64,000 nucleotides of DNA from Isurus oxyrinchus (lineage: Eukaryota), in NCBI GenBank assembly GCA_026770705.1, contig JANJGN010000018.1, forward strand, positions 40,610,001 to 40,674,000, given 5' to 3'. Shown here piece after piece: positions 20,438 through 33,320 of this stretch. The notes under the pieces are model-generated. The model was not told the origin of the DNA. It searched no databases and saw only the letters and a program-made list of their open reading frames with translations. Position numbers and translations under genes: made by a program. Within the stretch, counting starts at the first letter, position 1. The number at the start of each line of letters is the position of its first letter.

Positions 20438-23400
20438 GGCTGCGAAATTCAATTAGCAGATCCAGGGATTGTGATGTGCGATTAACCTATGCCCATTGCT
20501 TCCAATGCAGGCAGCAAGCAAACTTTGTGCTGCCTGCTCATTAGCATCATTGTAGTGCAGCCAGCACTAAGCACATTGTTAAGGGGCTGCACACCTGAGT
20601 AAGGTGTGCAAATTCATGAGAGACCAGCACTGCTTAAAGTTTGCCTGCACTACTTAACTGTGTTCCAGCTGTAGCAGGTGCTGGAAGTGGCTGGAGAACA
20701 GTAGACGGGATCATCCCAGATTTGCCTGGTGGCCGTAATGGTGACTTCCCAAACACGTTGCATTAATTATGTATTTCTGGGAAACACACTGTTTCCATGG
20801 CAAGCAGGCTCCAATTTGCCCACCATGCCATTATCTCACCGCTCCATCACGGTGGGCGCCACATTTAAAGTACAGCCCCGTGCACACCTCTCAGTGCTTC
20901 CAGCCCAGGATGGCTGCAAATAAGACATCGCTCCGAAAGGCAAGAAGACAACAGCCCCCGGGTCTAGTGACCCGTCCCTCGGGTGTCTTTTGGACGCAGT
21001 GGAGGCCTGCTGTGATGTCCTCTACCCCAGCTCTGGCTGCAGGGTGGGCAGCAACATTACCACTCTGGCTTGGTAGGCAATGCCAGTGGTGATCAGTGCC
21101 AATGATGCACAGAAGAGGTTGGCCATCCAATGCAGATAGAGGATGAATGACCTCATCCATGCAGCAAGGGTATGGCAACCACCTCATCACTCTAAACTCA
21201 CACACCCAAGCCCATCACACATTCACTGGCATCTCACTCACTGCCAGCTCAAGGGACATCACCACTCACACACACCCTCACATCCCCATCTGGCCACAAC
21301 TGCTCTTTAGACTGCCTCTGCAGCCCGCGCCATCTTGAGGCCACATGAACAGATCTTGTGGTTTCCATCAAACCCTGGAACAGCCCTCTTCTTCAGAACA
21401 GCTTCCCTTGCCTGAGGCTCCTTCTACCCCTTCCCCAAGCAAGCCCTTACCCTGCAGCCATGCAAAGCCACCCCCGCCTTCGGCTGCTCTGGTAGGTAGA
21501 GACCTGCCCGTGAGCCCCCCCCTAAAAGCGATGTGGTGGTGTCTGTGAAGCCTGGCGCTGATGACAGAGTGCTGACCAAAGCAAGGTAGGCAAACAAACC
21601 TTAATGTCCCGAGCGAAGTGCAGCTGGCCAAGTGCACGTCACTTATGTGCAGCTGTGAAAGACGTCAGTGTGCAATCATGCCGACGTGGGCGGATGATCC
21701 AGCAGGTAGGGGTGGGGGGGGGGGGCATGAGTCTGACAGGCTGGCCTTATAATGATATGCAGATGTATTACAATGAGGTTCCTGACGTCCGACGGCGGGA
21801 AGTGTGCCATTGATGGGCTGAGTGGACGATCGCAAACTGGCCTTCTCACCATATTGTCTGCTTATGCCACTGAGCACACCCAATGCCAGCAAGCACAAAT
21901 GATTCCAGCTAGTGTCTATGTATGAAAGGCTCTGAAAAATAGCACAACGGGACAAGGAGAGATTTTCTGACACAGCATAGAGGTCTTGGTGCAGAAGATG
22001 GAGAGAAGGAAAGAAATCCTCTATCCACAGGGGATTAGAGGACCCTCCAGACAGATACTGCAATGGTAATGGTAGCAGATAACTCTTGCGATCAATACCA
22101 GCAATGTAGCTCAGGATGCAGTGCAGCATGAAGTTCAGTGACCACACCTGAATGGCCAAGGTCAGTGAATACATCTTCAAAAGCCAAATCCCAATGAATA
22201 AAGCACTAGCCTCACACACTGCTCCATTCACCACCACCTCCTTCACTCACCTACCAACAATCGCTATCACCCAACAATCTCTATTACCCAAGACTCATAC
22301 CTCACATTCATAGCTTCACCTCACCCTCACACACTAAGCACTGCTGCAAGCTATTCAAATACCTCAGCCTGCACATGCTGCGAGCTATTCAATCTCAACA
22401 GTCATATAATTGAAATACATTATACCACACCCACTGACACATTTCTCTCTCTCTTGTAGGCCAAGGTGATGCACAACCGCAGGCAGCAGCAGCTAACCAA
22501 TGGGGGACAGGCATGGCTGTCCTCACCTGTTGAGGAGATTGTGTTTACCATCATTGGAAAGGCCATGACTGAAACCAAAGACAACATTAGGTTCATAACT
22601 AATTCCCCTTCTCACAACCCACTTCCCCTTTACTCCACAATCACTTCTGGTTTACTAGCTGCAGCTGGTATAACAATGCATCTCTTGCTTTCCCGTGTTC
22701 CCCTCACCTCAACCCAAATCTTGTGTCTTTCTCCTTTCAGATACCCAGGAACTGCCACCTGGCCAGACAGTGGTGCAGGAGCAAGAGGTGGAGGAGGAAG
22801 AAGAGATTGACGATGAAGAAACATCATCACTCACTCTCACACCTGCAGACACCAAATCAAATACTGATACTCTACGTAGTTTAAAGGGTGGCTTAAAGGA
22901 GGAATCTGCATCTTATGGGTTAATGGGCATGAATGGGCTGCAGTCAGGGCAGAGGGAAAGGATTGCATGTCGCCAGCTTGGAGGAGGGCAAGGTCATCTA
23001 GGAGTTCTGCTATAGAGGATTTTGATGGTGTAAAGTACAGGAAAAAGCTGATGGATATGCACACAGAAATATTTGTTGCATTGGCAGACTTGCCAGAAAG
23101 TCTGCTGTCATTGTCAGGGAGCAAGGAGGAGTCCAGCACCAACGAGGATTTGCGCAGGGATTGGAGTCTATCCTTTCCAGCAGAAAGTGGTGATCCACTC
23201 CATTAACAGACTTGCAAACTTGCATCACAAGCAGAAAGTCACCCAGCATCTGAATGTTGCAGTGGAAGCTCAGACAGCTGCCATTATGGCTGTGGATACA
23301 AGTATTCAAATGGGCTTCTATGTTTCACAGCAACACAGTATTCTTTCCACCAACACATTACTAGGATCGTTGAGATGCCAACCCAGTGAAGCAGCAGAGG

Positions 23401-24130
23401 GTCCATGGAGCATGAACCTGTTGTTCTCTCTCAGGATGGCAACATTTATCCTTTATCTTGCCACTCTGCCAGTGCCCTTACTATTGCCTGTCAGCCAGCC
23501 TGCCCAGACTGCTGCTGCCCATGCCAAGGCGGTGCAGTCCAAACCAAGTCTTCTAGACACACGTGATCATTCTGCAAGGCCATCTACAGTTTCCCCCAAC
23601 TGAAAGTCAGCAGTCTTCCACCAACCATTGCAGCCACGAAGGTAGCACTGCATAGGAGCACTAGAACAGGCAAAGGAAAAGGAAATGCACAAGTCCACTT
23701 TTGTATGCAATATGGCATGGTATAATTTATTAAGATGATTTGGAATGTTTCTTTGTGGTGGCTTTTATTTTAGTTTCATGACCAAGAGAATGCTGTAATG
23801 GTCAACTCCAATGGGGCATAAGGGACTTTTGGTGAGTGGGGAATGGGGGTTACATTCACTGGTACTTCAGTCAGATGAGCCGATCAAGGAAAGCGCGGTT
23901 GGAGTGGGGATGCGTTTGTTGCCTCCTTGCTTTCTCCTCCTCCTCCTCAGCCACTTGCCGTATAACTGGTGGCAAAGTCTGTGCCCTCATGATGGCAAAA
24001 TTGTGCAGGATGCAGAGCACCATGACAAATCATAACATGCTTGGCGAGTACTTCAGATTGCTCCAGAGCAGTCCAGCCACAAGAAGAGTTGCTTAAATGC
24101 CTGGCAGTCTTTTTGATGACATTTGGTGAT
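20438..24130. mobile_element. Decayed, probably nested PIF/Harbinger elements (Myb/SANT gene on +, transposase C-terminus on -)
   Basis: Plus-strand Myb-like starts at ~20930 (APGSSDPSLGCLLDAVEA..DVLYP) and ~21945 (ERFSD.A..VLV). Minus-strand ~23840-24120 gives FKQLFLWLDCSGA..YSP and VLCILHNFAIMRAQ, like HARBI1-type transposase. Boundaries approximate. Confidence 0.6.
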
Positions 24131-26389
24131 CAGTGGATAGCCCTCATCATCCAGCAAAAGAAAAGAGAGAAAAGCAAAAAAAAGTTGTTTATAAAATTTT
24201 GCATTTTTAGAATCTCAAACAACAATTAAAACCTGAAAGAATGAGACTATATGCTCATAATAGTTTAATTTCCAGTGCAGGTGAGGTTGTTTGGCTATAA
24301 TTAAGGCTTATCACATTGTTAAAAGGACACTTAACTGACATGGACAATATTTAACTTTCTTTGATTTGTATCTACTGTGCAAGTACAGCAACTTCAGGTT
24401 ATTCAATGCATTTGAATGGCAAGGCTGACAGAGAGATGCTGTTTTTATGAAACTAACAGTGAAATGGCACAACTGAGACAGCAACTTTTGGATTTTTGCT
24501 TTAACCAAACATCCACCTTTTTCTGAAGCTGCTGTAGCATTTGCATATAACAGTGAATACCTCACCATTATTTTGACAGCAAATTACGGCCCTTTAAGAC
24601 ATGCTAGAAGTGTTTTTTTCAATTATAAATTCAGGTTGTCAGTAGTGGGATGCACCAAGAATAGGTGCCTACAAGAAAATAAATATCGGGGAGGCAAGTA
24701 AAATTAGGTGGTCAGGTTTTTATTGAGTTGATGTTTGTCAATCATACGAACTGCTTTGAGCTTTTCGAGGGATTCAGGGCAGTCAAACAGGAAAATCAAT
24801 ATTACAATTAATGTTCCTCAGTTTTTACACAGTAGTGATAAATCTTAATGCAGCATTTCGAGCAGGACTGAAATGAATTCATTCTTTTATCTTCACATCA
24901 CTGCCCATTTCTTTTAACTTTTATTAACTCAGGGCAAGTAGTCCTAAGTGGACACATGATTAACCTGCCAGGATTGCAATTGCAGAACTTATCTGCATTG
25001 AAATACTAGAATTAATAGAAATGTGTTTGAATTCCCAGTGGTGAACTGTTGAGAGTTCCTGTGTGTCAATGTGGTAATCACGTAGCTCAGGTCAGGTCAT
25101 CTCCTTATCTAGCAATCTCCATTCCTGAGAAGATGTTTAGTGTCTATAGGATTCCTCTGTACTTGCTAACCAAATTCTAGCAAAAACTCAACAATCTAGT
25201 GGCAACAGAAGATTGAAGTAACTATAAGTGTTTAAAACCTGCAACTAAAATGTCAATTAAGTTAAATTAATCATATATATTTAAGAATTTATGTTGCAAC
25301 TGAAAGCCTAACATAAAAAAAATGGCAATCTGAAAGGCTCGACCGGCAAAAATCAGAAACTGGAATTATATGTAGAACTACATAATTATGGTCATTAAAA
25401 GAGATTAGGAGGAAATCATCCTGAGATTAGTATGAATTGCATCAGCAGCTGAACTCCATTTTTTTCCAGAAATTGCATCGATCAGCAATGCCATGGAATA
25501 TCAATTAATAATTTGCAGATTTATCTTAATCCTTTCTAGCATTCAGATTGGTCTTTGGCAAGCAGGTGAATATTAATGTATGATCACTCTGATGGCTGCC
25601 AGGGCCCTTTCACATGCGAGAAGCATGTACTGAGTTTTGGTCCCCGCCCCAATAGTGTTCCACTTTACTGCAGGCCATTCCCTGGCCAGCTTGTGCTTCA
25701 GTCTCCAAACCCAAAGTGCTCTCCATTCCTTGCCTACCAGTGTTCATCTCCCTGCCCAGTCTTTCACGCTCCACACCAACCTTACCCTACAATCCCTGGT
25801 TTATTTGTAAAATACTGTCAACCATGAAAAGAAATGAAAACGGTTCCATAAAAATAATGCAAAGAAAATGGCTTCTTTTAACATACATTTGACAAAAATA
25901 GATTTACATACAAACTGCTACCATTTCTTCATGGGGAAATATTAGTGCCAGTTTCCAGCTGATGTTACTTTTAACAGCTTTCCTTAATATTTATTTCACA
26001 AAGCATAATTACTATTACAAGGTCCCTTCCAGATCTTATTTCTAGTTTCTTTGAGCTCTCTCAGTACTCAAATTTTGGATTCCAGCTCCCTCCCGGTCCC
26101 AGACCAAGTCTCCCTCCTGACCTTCATGCTTCCTTCAAGCTTCCCAGGCCATGAGCCCCAGTGGCCACACTGTTTAAAGTCATAGCTTCCCAGTTTGGCT
26201 CATATGTTATGCATCAACCTGTGGATGTTCCAGTACTAGTCGAGGCAATTACTCTGTATACAATGTTAGAGCAATAGAAAGTCCACACAGTCTACTCTAG
26301 CTCAAGTACACACCACTCCCTTCAGCTCAAGCTCCATCATAAACCATCCCAACCCCCATCTTGCTTCCTCTGAAACCAAATATGCAGGG

Positions 26390-26830
26390 GAGATGAGAAT
26401 AATTTCAGAGGTGAGGAACTTCGGTAAAGTGGATAGACTGGAGAATGTGGAGGCTATTCTCCTTGAAGAAGAGAAGTTTAAGAGGAGATTTGATAGAGAT
26501 ATTCAAAATCATGAGGGGTCAGATCAGAGTACATAGGGAGAAACTGCTCCCCTAGGCAGAAGGATCAAGAACTAAAAGACACTCATTTAAGGGGATTGTC
26601 AAAAGAAGCAACGGCAGCATAAGGAAAAGCATTTTACACAGCAAGTGGAGGCAGTTTCAATTATGGTTTTCAAAAAGAGAACTATTATCTGAAAAGAAAA
26701 AAATTGCAGGGCTATAAGGGAAAAGCAGGGGACTAGGACTAGGTGAGTCACTCTTTCAGAAACCTGGCACAGACACGATAGGCTGAATAGCCTCCTTCTG
26801 TGCTGTAACCATTCTATGGTTCTAAGGTCA
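26390..26830 (+). mobile_element. CR1-clade LINE 3' end
   Basis: ...agaagtttaagaggagatttgatagagatattcaaaatcatgagggg... (LRGDLIE.FKIM) ending gctgaatagcctccttctgtgctgtaaccattctatg. Confidence 0.75.
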
Positions 26831-27419
26831 TTTGTATGACATTTTGAAGATTGCAGAAATACAGGTTGATATCCATCCCTAATGGTTCAATTAATCTTTC
26901 CAGTGAGTAGTTGTGCCATACAGAACAGGAAGACCCCAGGCTGAATTCTCAGTCAATGCTCAATTAGTAAGAGTTGCAGTAAATTGGCCCTAATGTCCTT
27001 CTAGATAAAACTAGCTAGACAATCGACTTGACTGTGCTGTCTCTAAAGCCAAATACTCATCAACATTCACTATAAAAGCTCACACATGAATAATGGGCAT
27101 GTTACTAAAGACTGTCTTTGAAATTGCAGCACAAGAAAGAGTCAATGCCCACAGTGAGAACATTAGCAAGTAATTTTGAAAGGAACAAAACAGTTTTGGG
27201 AATTCCACATATGTATTTTTGTGGAGAATCTGGCAAACACAGGAATTTCCATATAAACTGGAAAACTGCATTATCTAGAGCTATTATTGTGACTTCTAAC
27301 AATTATGAGGCCAAATTTTCAAATGGCCAAGGGGGGAGTGGGGGGAAACGAGGCACTAGAGATGGATGGGCCCACAATTTCCTCCAGGCCTCTGGGTCTT
27401 TTCCATTCCAGAAGGACGT

Positions 27420-27650
27420 TGGACAAGCAGTCTGATAATTTAGCGACAGTGGACGATTTGAAAGAGGTGGTGCTAAGGTAGAGTTGGGTGTTGTCAATGT
27501 ACATATCAAAACTAACACTATTTTTGGAAGATGTCGCTAAGGACAGTCCCACCCAGCTGGATGACAGTGGAGAGGCATTGGAGAAGAATGGTGTGATCAA
27601 ACATGTTGAGAAGGACAAGGAGGGATAGTTTATCTTTGTCACAGACACGT
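27420..27650 (-). mobile_element. L2-clade RT fragment (a further fragment at ~28420-28790)
   Basis: SVSFDMYIDNTQLYLST...KLSDCLSNV (degenerate YADDTQLY motif). Confidence 0.6.
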
Positions 27651-28820
27651 CAGAAGTATTTAATGGAGTTAAAAGGGTTCTTGCCTACTGGCTAGAGAGC
27701 TGGCAATGGCAGATCAAGGACCCTGGTGGCAGAAGTCACAACCATGGACAGCTACTGGCCAGAGGCTGGCAGCTCTTCATTGTTCAGCAGCCCCATTAGG
27801 GAGGCGATGGCTACTGCTGGCACTAGACCCACAAGGCCTAGTATCACAATGGACCCAGGCACAGGTTAGTGATGGTGGTGGGTGGGTGGGCGGTCGGGGG
27901 GTAGGTAGAGGTTTGGCTGTGAGTGGAGGTGGTAGCTCACAGCAGACCACCACCCTCCACCTGTCCACCCCTTCCTGACGCTGGGTCCCTCAATCAGGCA
28001 GAGTGCCTTCAAAGGAGGGACCCCCCGTGGGAGCCCACAAAGGGGGTTTACTTTTTGGGCTCCCCACATGGCGAGTCCCCTGCCTGTGGCTGGGTGAATA
28101 CCAGCGGCAGTGGATCGAGGCCCTTAAGTGGGCATTAATTGTCCACTTAAGGGCCTCAATTGGCAGCGGGGCAGGAGGCTGTCCATGGGCTTTCCTGCCA
28201 CGGACTTAATTGGAGAAAGCGTGGGAAGATGGCAATGTTCCCACCCATCACTCTCCTGTCTGATTAAATGCGCCCCCCCCCCCCCCCCCCCCCAAACTCC
28301 CCAAGGGGAGGGCATTAAATTGCCCATAGGATGTAATTTGTATCCTATGATAAAGCTGTCTTGGTACAGTAGCATGGGCAGAAACCTAATTGGAGGGATG
28401 CAAACATGGAGTTCTGGGAAAGATGGGCATGGATTTGGAAGGTGACAACATGTTCAAGGACTTGGGGAGGAAAGTGAGGTTGGAGATGGGCAGTAGTTTG
28501 CAAGTTTGGCAGAAGAAGTCAAGGATCTTTTTTTTTAGGAGGTATTGACGGCAGATTCGAAAGAGACTGAGACTGTACCTGAAGAGAGAGAACTGTTAAC
28601 AAAATCAAATAATATGGGGACCAGGAGGTGGGTTTTGTGGACCAAATGAGCTCAGAAAGGCCATGAGGGGAGGTAGGAGAGAGACTAGAGAAAGATGTGA
28701 GCTTAAGGCTAGGACAGAGGGGGATCTTTAGAGGAAGTTTGGCCTGGTGGGATAGTGGAAGGGAGGGAAATGGCTGATTAGATAGTTTCATGTTTAATGA
28801 AGTCAATGATTTCTTTGCAC

Positions 28821-30504
28821 ATAGCTGGGCCCCAGCTATGCCTGTCTCTTTATGGGGTATGTGGAACATTCCTTGTTGCAGTCCTACCCCGGCCCCCTTC
28901 CACAACTTTTTCTCCGGTACATCGATGATTACTTCGGTGCCACTTCATGCTCTCGTCGGGACTTGGAAAAATTTATTAATTTTGCTTCCAATCTCCACCC
29001 CTCCATCATTTTCACGTGGTCCATCTCTGACACTTCCCTTCCCTTCCTTGACCTCTCTGTCTCAATCTCTGGTGATAGACTATCCACCAATATCCATTAC
29101 AAACCCACCGACTCCCACAGCTACCTCGACTACAGCTCCTCACACCCCGCTTCCTGTAAGGACTCCATCCCATTCTCCCAGTTCCTTCGCCTTCGTCGCA
29201 TCTGTTCCGATGATGCTACCTTCAAAAACGGTTCCTCTGACATGTCCTCCTTCTTCCTTAACCCAGGTTTTCCACCCACGGTCGTTGACAGGGCCATCAA
29301 CCGTGTCCGGCCCATCTCCCGTGCATCCGCCCTCACGCCTTCTCCTCCCTCCCAGAAACATGATAGGGTCCCCCTTGTCCTCACTTATCACCCCACCAGC
29401 CTCCGCATTCAAAGGATCATCCTCCACCATTTCCGCCAACTCCAGCATGATGCCACCACCAAACACATCTTCCCTTCACCCCCCTTATCGGCATTCCGTA
29501 GGGATCGCTCCCTCCGGGACACCCTGGTCCACTCCTCCATCACCCCCTACTCCTCAACCCCCTCCTATGGCACCACCCCATGCCCACGCAAAAGATGTAA
29601 CACCTGCCCCTTCACTTCCTCTCTCCTCACCGTCCAAGGGCCCAAACACTCCTTTCAAGTGAAGCAGCATTTCACTTGCATTTCCCCCAACTTAGTCTAC
29701 TGCATTTGTTGCTCCCAAGGTGGTCTCCTCTACATTGGAGAGACCAAACGTAAACTGGGCGACCGCTTTGCAGAACACCTGCGGTCTGTCCGCAAGAATG
29801 ACCCAAACCTCCCTGTCGCTTGCCATTTTAACACTCCACCCTGCTCTCTTGCCCACATGTCTGTCCTTGGCTTACTGCATTGTTCCAGTGAAGCCCAACG
29901 CAAACTGGAGGAACAACACCTCATCTTCCGACTAGGCACCTTACAGCCTTCCGGTCTGAATATTGAATTCAATAACTTTAGGTCGTGAGCTCCCTCCCCC
30001 ATCCCCACCCCCTTTCTGTTTCCCCCCTTTTTTTTTCCCTATAAATTTTATAGATTTTTCTTTTCCCACCTATTTCCATTATTTTTAAATATTTTAAAAT
30101 CTTTTATGCTCCCTCCACGCCCACTAGAGCTGTACCTTGAGTGCCCTACCATCCATTCTTAATTAGCACATTCGTTTAGATAATATCACCAACTTTAACT
30201 TTAACACCTATGTGTTCTTTTGTACCATTGTCCCTGACATCTTTTGATGATCTGCTTCTATCACTGCTTGTTTGTCTACACAATCACCTCTCTCTCTCCC
30301 TATCTCTCCGCCCCACACACACACCTTAAACCAGCTTATATTTCAACTCTTTCTCGGACTCGAAATCAAGTTCTGTCGAAGGGTCATGAGGACTCGAAAC
30401 GTCAACTCTTTTCTTCTCCGCCGATACTGCCAGACCTGCTGAGTTTTTCCAGGTAATTCTGTTTTTGTTTTGGATTTCCAGCATCCGCAGTTTTCTTTGT
30501 TTTT
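28821..30504 (+). mobile_element. 5'-truncated PLE copy (RT C-terminal half, GIY-YIG, 3'UTR, pLTR with tail)
   Basis: ORF 28852-29988 is near-identical to the dimer ORFs. TSD atttctttgcac at 28809-28820 and 30505-30516. Confidence 0.92.
30369..30407 (+). ncRNA. Minimal hammerhead ribozyme in PLE pLTR
   Basis: Same 39-nt motif as 12881-12919. Confidence 0.75.
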
Positions 30505-31429
30505 ATTTCTTTGCACTTGTTGCACTGCTACATCACTGTATCTTACACAGTTTTTTTGTGCAAAACTGATGATAATTTATTAGAAATATATAAAAAAAGC
30601 CTTTCATAATGATTTTCAACTCTACTTCCTAAATGAGATAATTATCCAATAGAAGTGCAAAGCAGTGTACCACAATTTTGGGTCAAAATCCTGGAACTCC
30701 CTTCTTTATAGCACTGTGGGTGTACCTATATGACATGGACTGCAGTGGTTCAAGAAGGCAGCTCACCACCACCTTCTCAAGGGCAACTAGGAATGGGCAA
30801 TAAATGCTGGCCCAGCCAGCAAAGTCCACATCCCGTGAATGAATAATAAAAATAAAAAAATTCTGTTTGGGTAGTGATTTTAAGTTAATCTGTATATGTA
30901 AGGCATTATAAAAGTTGAAATGAAAACTTGCCACCATTTCCTGCTGTTTGCACACCGTTCCTCAGACTCCATTAGTGTTCAGCCTAAGTGCCTTTCTGTA
31001 GAGTCTTTAGGGATCAGAACCAAAATTCTACAGAGTGCTGGAAACACTAATGATTTGTGCTGTCAAGACTGAAACCAGATCTTGCACCCGAGTGAGGGAG
31101 GAATTAAACAAAGTGTTGTGTCCATTGCTCTGTTCAAGATAACTGGGGAAAATGATATCTGTTAATAAGTGTCAAGTAACCTGATCTTAGGTAGAATGAT
31201 GATCAGTATGGAAATTGCAAATTTAATATTAATAGTTTAGAAATAATTTATAAGATATGAAAAAAATATTTTTAATTAAATGCTCAATTCAGATTCTATT
31301 TTAATTTAGAACAGAAAATGTGAGTAATTCATAGCAGGACAGGCTGTAAATGTGGAGAGAACAGGTAAGTTAACATTTTGGGTATGGATCCTTCATCAGA
31401 ACTAAAAGATATGACAAATAAACAAAATT

Positions 31430-31765
31430 GGTAGCCCTCTCGCCACTGAGTCGGAAGGTTGTGGGTTCAACCTTTGGTTAAGCATGTAATCTAGTCTGAT
31501 ACTTCAGTTCAGTATGAGGGAGTGCTGCACCGTTGGCGATGCCGTCTTTTGGTTCAGATCTTAAACCGAGGCCCTGTCCACCCTCAAGTGGCTATAAAAG
31601 ATTCCATGGCACTGTTCACAGAAGAACAGGACTTCTTCCAATGCCCTGACCAATATTTATCCTTCACCCTATGCCCAAAATATATAATATGGTCGTTACC
31701 TTATTTCAGTTTGTGGGGGCTTTTTGTTTGCAAATTGGCTGCTGCATTTCCTATATTACAGCAGT
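31430..31765 (+). mobile_element. DeuSINE/SacSINE1-like SINE (second copy ~39120-39620)
   Basis: tRNA-like head (ctgagtcggaaggttgtgggttcaa), core gagggagtgctgcac...ttaaaccgaggcc and caaattggctgctgcatttcct..attaca, shared by both copies. Family name from recall. Confidence 0.65.
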
Positions 31766-32016
31766 CATGTCTTGTGTGTGAAGAGTTATCAGAAGCACAT
31801 GATGTTGATGTAACTATGAATATAATGTCACATGCCTAAGTAACGGAGATCTGGAGAGAGAAGTCCAAGCTCATGCAGAGTTCCCAAAATGTACATTGAG
31901 CTGTAAATAAATAATAATGGTTTTAACAAACTAATGTCTTGAGTAGCTCACGTAGGGAAAGTAGACCAACCCCAAAGAACCCCATCTAGACTTCAAACAC
32001 ATGATGAAACAATGCG

Positions 32017-32178
32017 AAACAAAAACGGAATTACCTGGAAAAACTCAGCAGGTCTGGCAGCATCGGCGGAGAAGAAAAGAGTTGACGTTTCGGCACCGAT
32101 GCTGCCAGACCTGCTGAGTTTTTCCAGGTAATTCTGTTTTTGTTTTGGATTTCCAGCATCCGCAGTTTTATTGTTTTT
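32017..32178. mobile_element. Fold-back PLE pLTR insertion
   Basis: Inverted pLTR segments. TSD atgaaacaatg(c/t)g at 32004-32016 and 32179-32191. Confidence 0.87.
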
Positions 32179-32549
32179 ATGAAACAATGTGCTCTGCCTA
32201 AAGGCAGGTCCTTGGCTCATTGCTTGCTGGTGCTTCAACCTAGGCCATTTTTATGGCAGTTTTTGACAGTGGTGGTTTGCCATTGCCTTCCACTCTCAGA
32301 GGCAGAACCTGAGTCTACCTCAGCCAGAATGGGAACTAACCCCACACTGTTGGCGTTAATTTGAACTACACATGAGCCATCTGGCCAAATGAGCTAACTG
32401 GCCCCCTATTAATGCAATAAAAAGGGTCAAAATAAGGGAAAAATTAAAGGATAAAACCCACATAAGCAGGTAAAAAACTTGCAGAGAGTTGAAGTTGAGA
32501 ACCGCAATAATAAAATAGAAGTCATATAAGTATAAGAGAAATTGAAAAA

Positions 32550-33320
32550 AATAGGAAATATATACATGGCACACAACGGTGAGTGTTATGAATAGAAAAG
32601 TTTCGCTGAAAGTGAAAGGAAGAAACTACGAGACAGTTGTGGCCTTGTTATCTAGTGCAGAAACCTGGACAACATCAAGAAGAGAGGAACAACGAATGGA
32701 TACTAATGAGATGTGGATGCTAAGATGGATGTGTAGAGTAACGAGACGGGATAAAATCAGGAGTCAGCACATCAGGGGGTTAGTGATGACAGTGGGAGCA
32801 TTGAAGAAAGTAGCAGGGAAAACGTTGAAATGGTATGTCACCTGTTGCAAGACAGAGGGAAAGGAAATGTGGTGAAACAAAACAGAAAATGCTGGAAAAA
32901 CTCAGCAGATCTGGCAGCATCTGTGGAGAGAGAAACAAAGTTAACGTTTTGAGTCTGTATGACCCTTCTTCAGAAGGGTCTGAAGCTCTGAAGAAAGGTC
33001 ATACGCACTCAAAACATTAACTCTTTCTCTCTCCACAGATGCTGTCAGACCTGCTGAGTTTTTCCAGCAATTTCTGTTTTTGTTACAGATTTCCAGCACC
33101 CGCAGTGTTTTGCTTTTATCTACAGAAATGTGGTGAGGACAGTGACGGAGATGGGACTGCCAGGAAGAAGGAGAAGAGGAAGGCCCATGATGAGATGGAA
33201 AGATGGTGAGAGATTTAAATCATTTGGAAGAGTAATAGGTGACTGATAGGAGGACGTGGAGAAGGGTGATCAATCAGCATTGTGGTGACCCTAAGTAAAG
33301 TAGGAGAAGCCAAAAGAAGA
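32550..33320 (+). mobile_element. RTE-clade LINE 3' remnant
   Basis: KVKGRNYETVV...AETW...EMWMLRWMCRVTRRDKIRSQHIR, then GRRRRGRP..RW.D after the pLTR insertion. Confidence 0.7.
32876..33124. mobile_element. Fold-back PLE pLTR insertion, related older subfamily (CTGAAGA core)
   Basis: Inverted arms ...aaactcagcagatctggcagcatctgtggagagag... / ...ctccacagatgctgtcagacctgctgagtttt... TSD gaaatgtggtga at 32864-32875 and 33125-33136. Confidence 0.85.
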
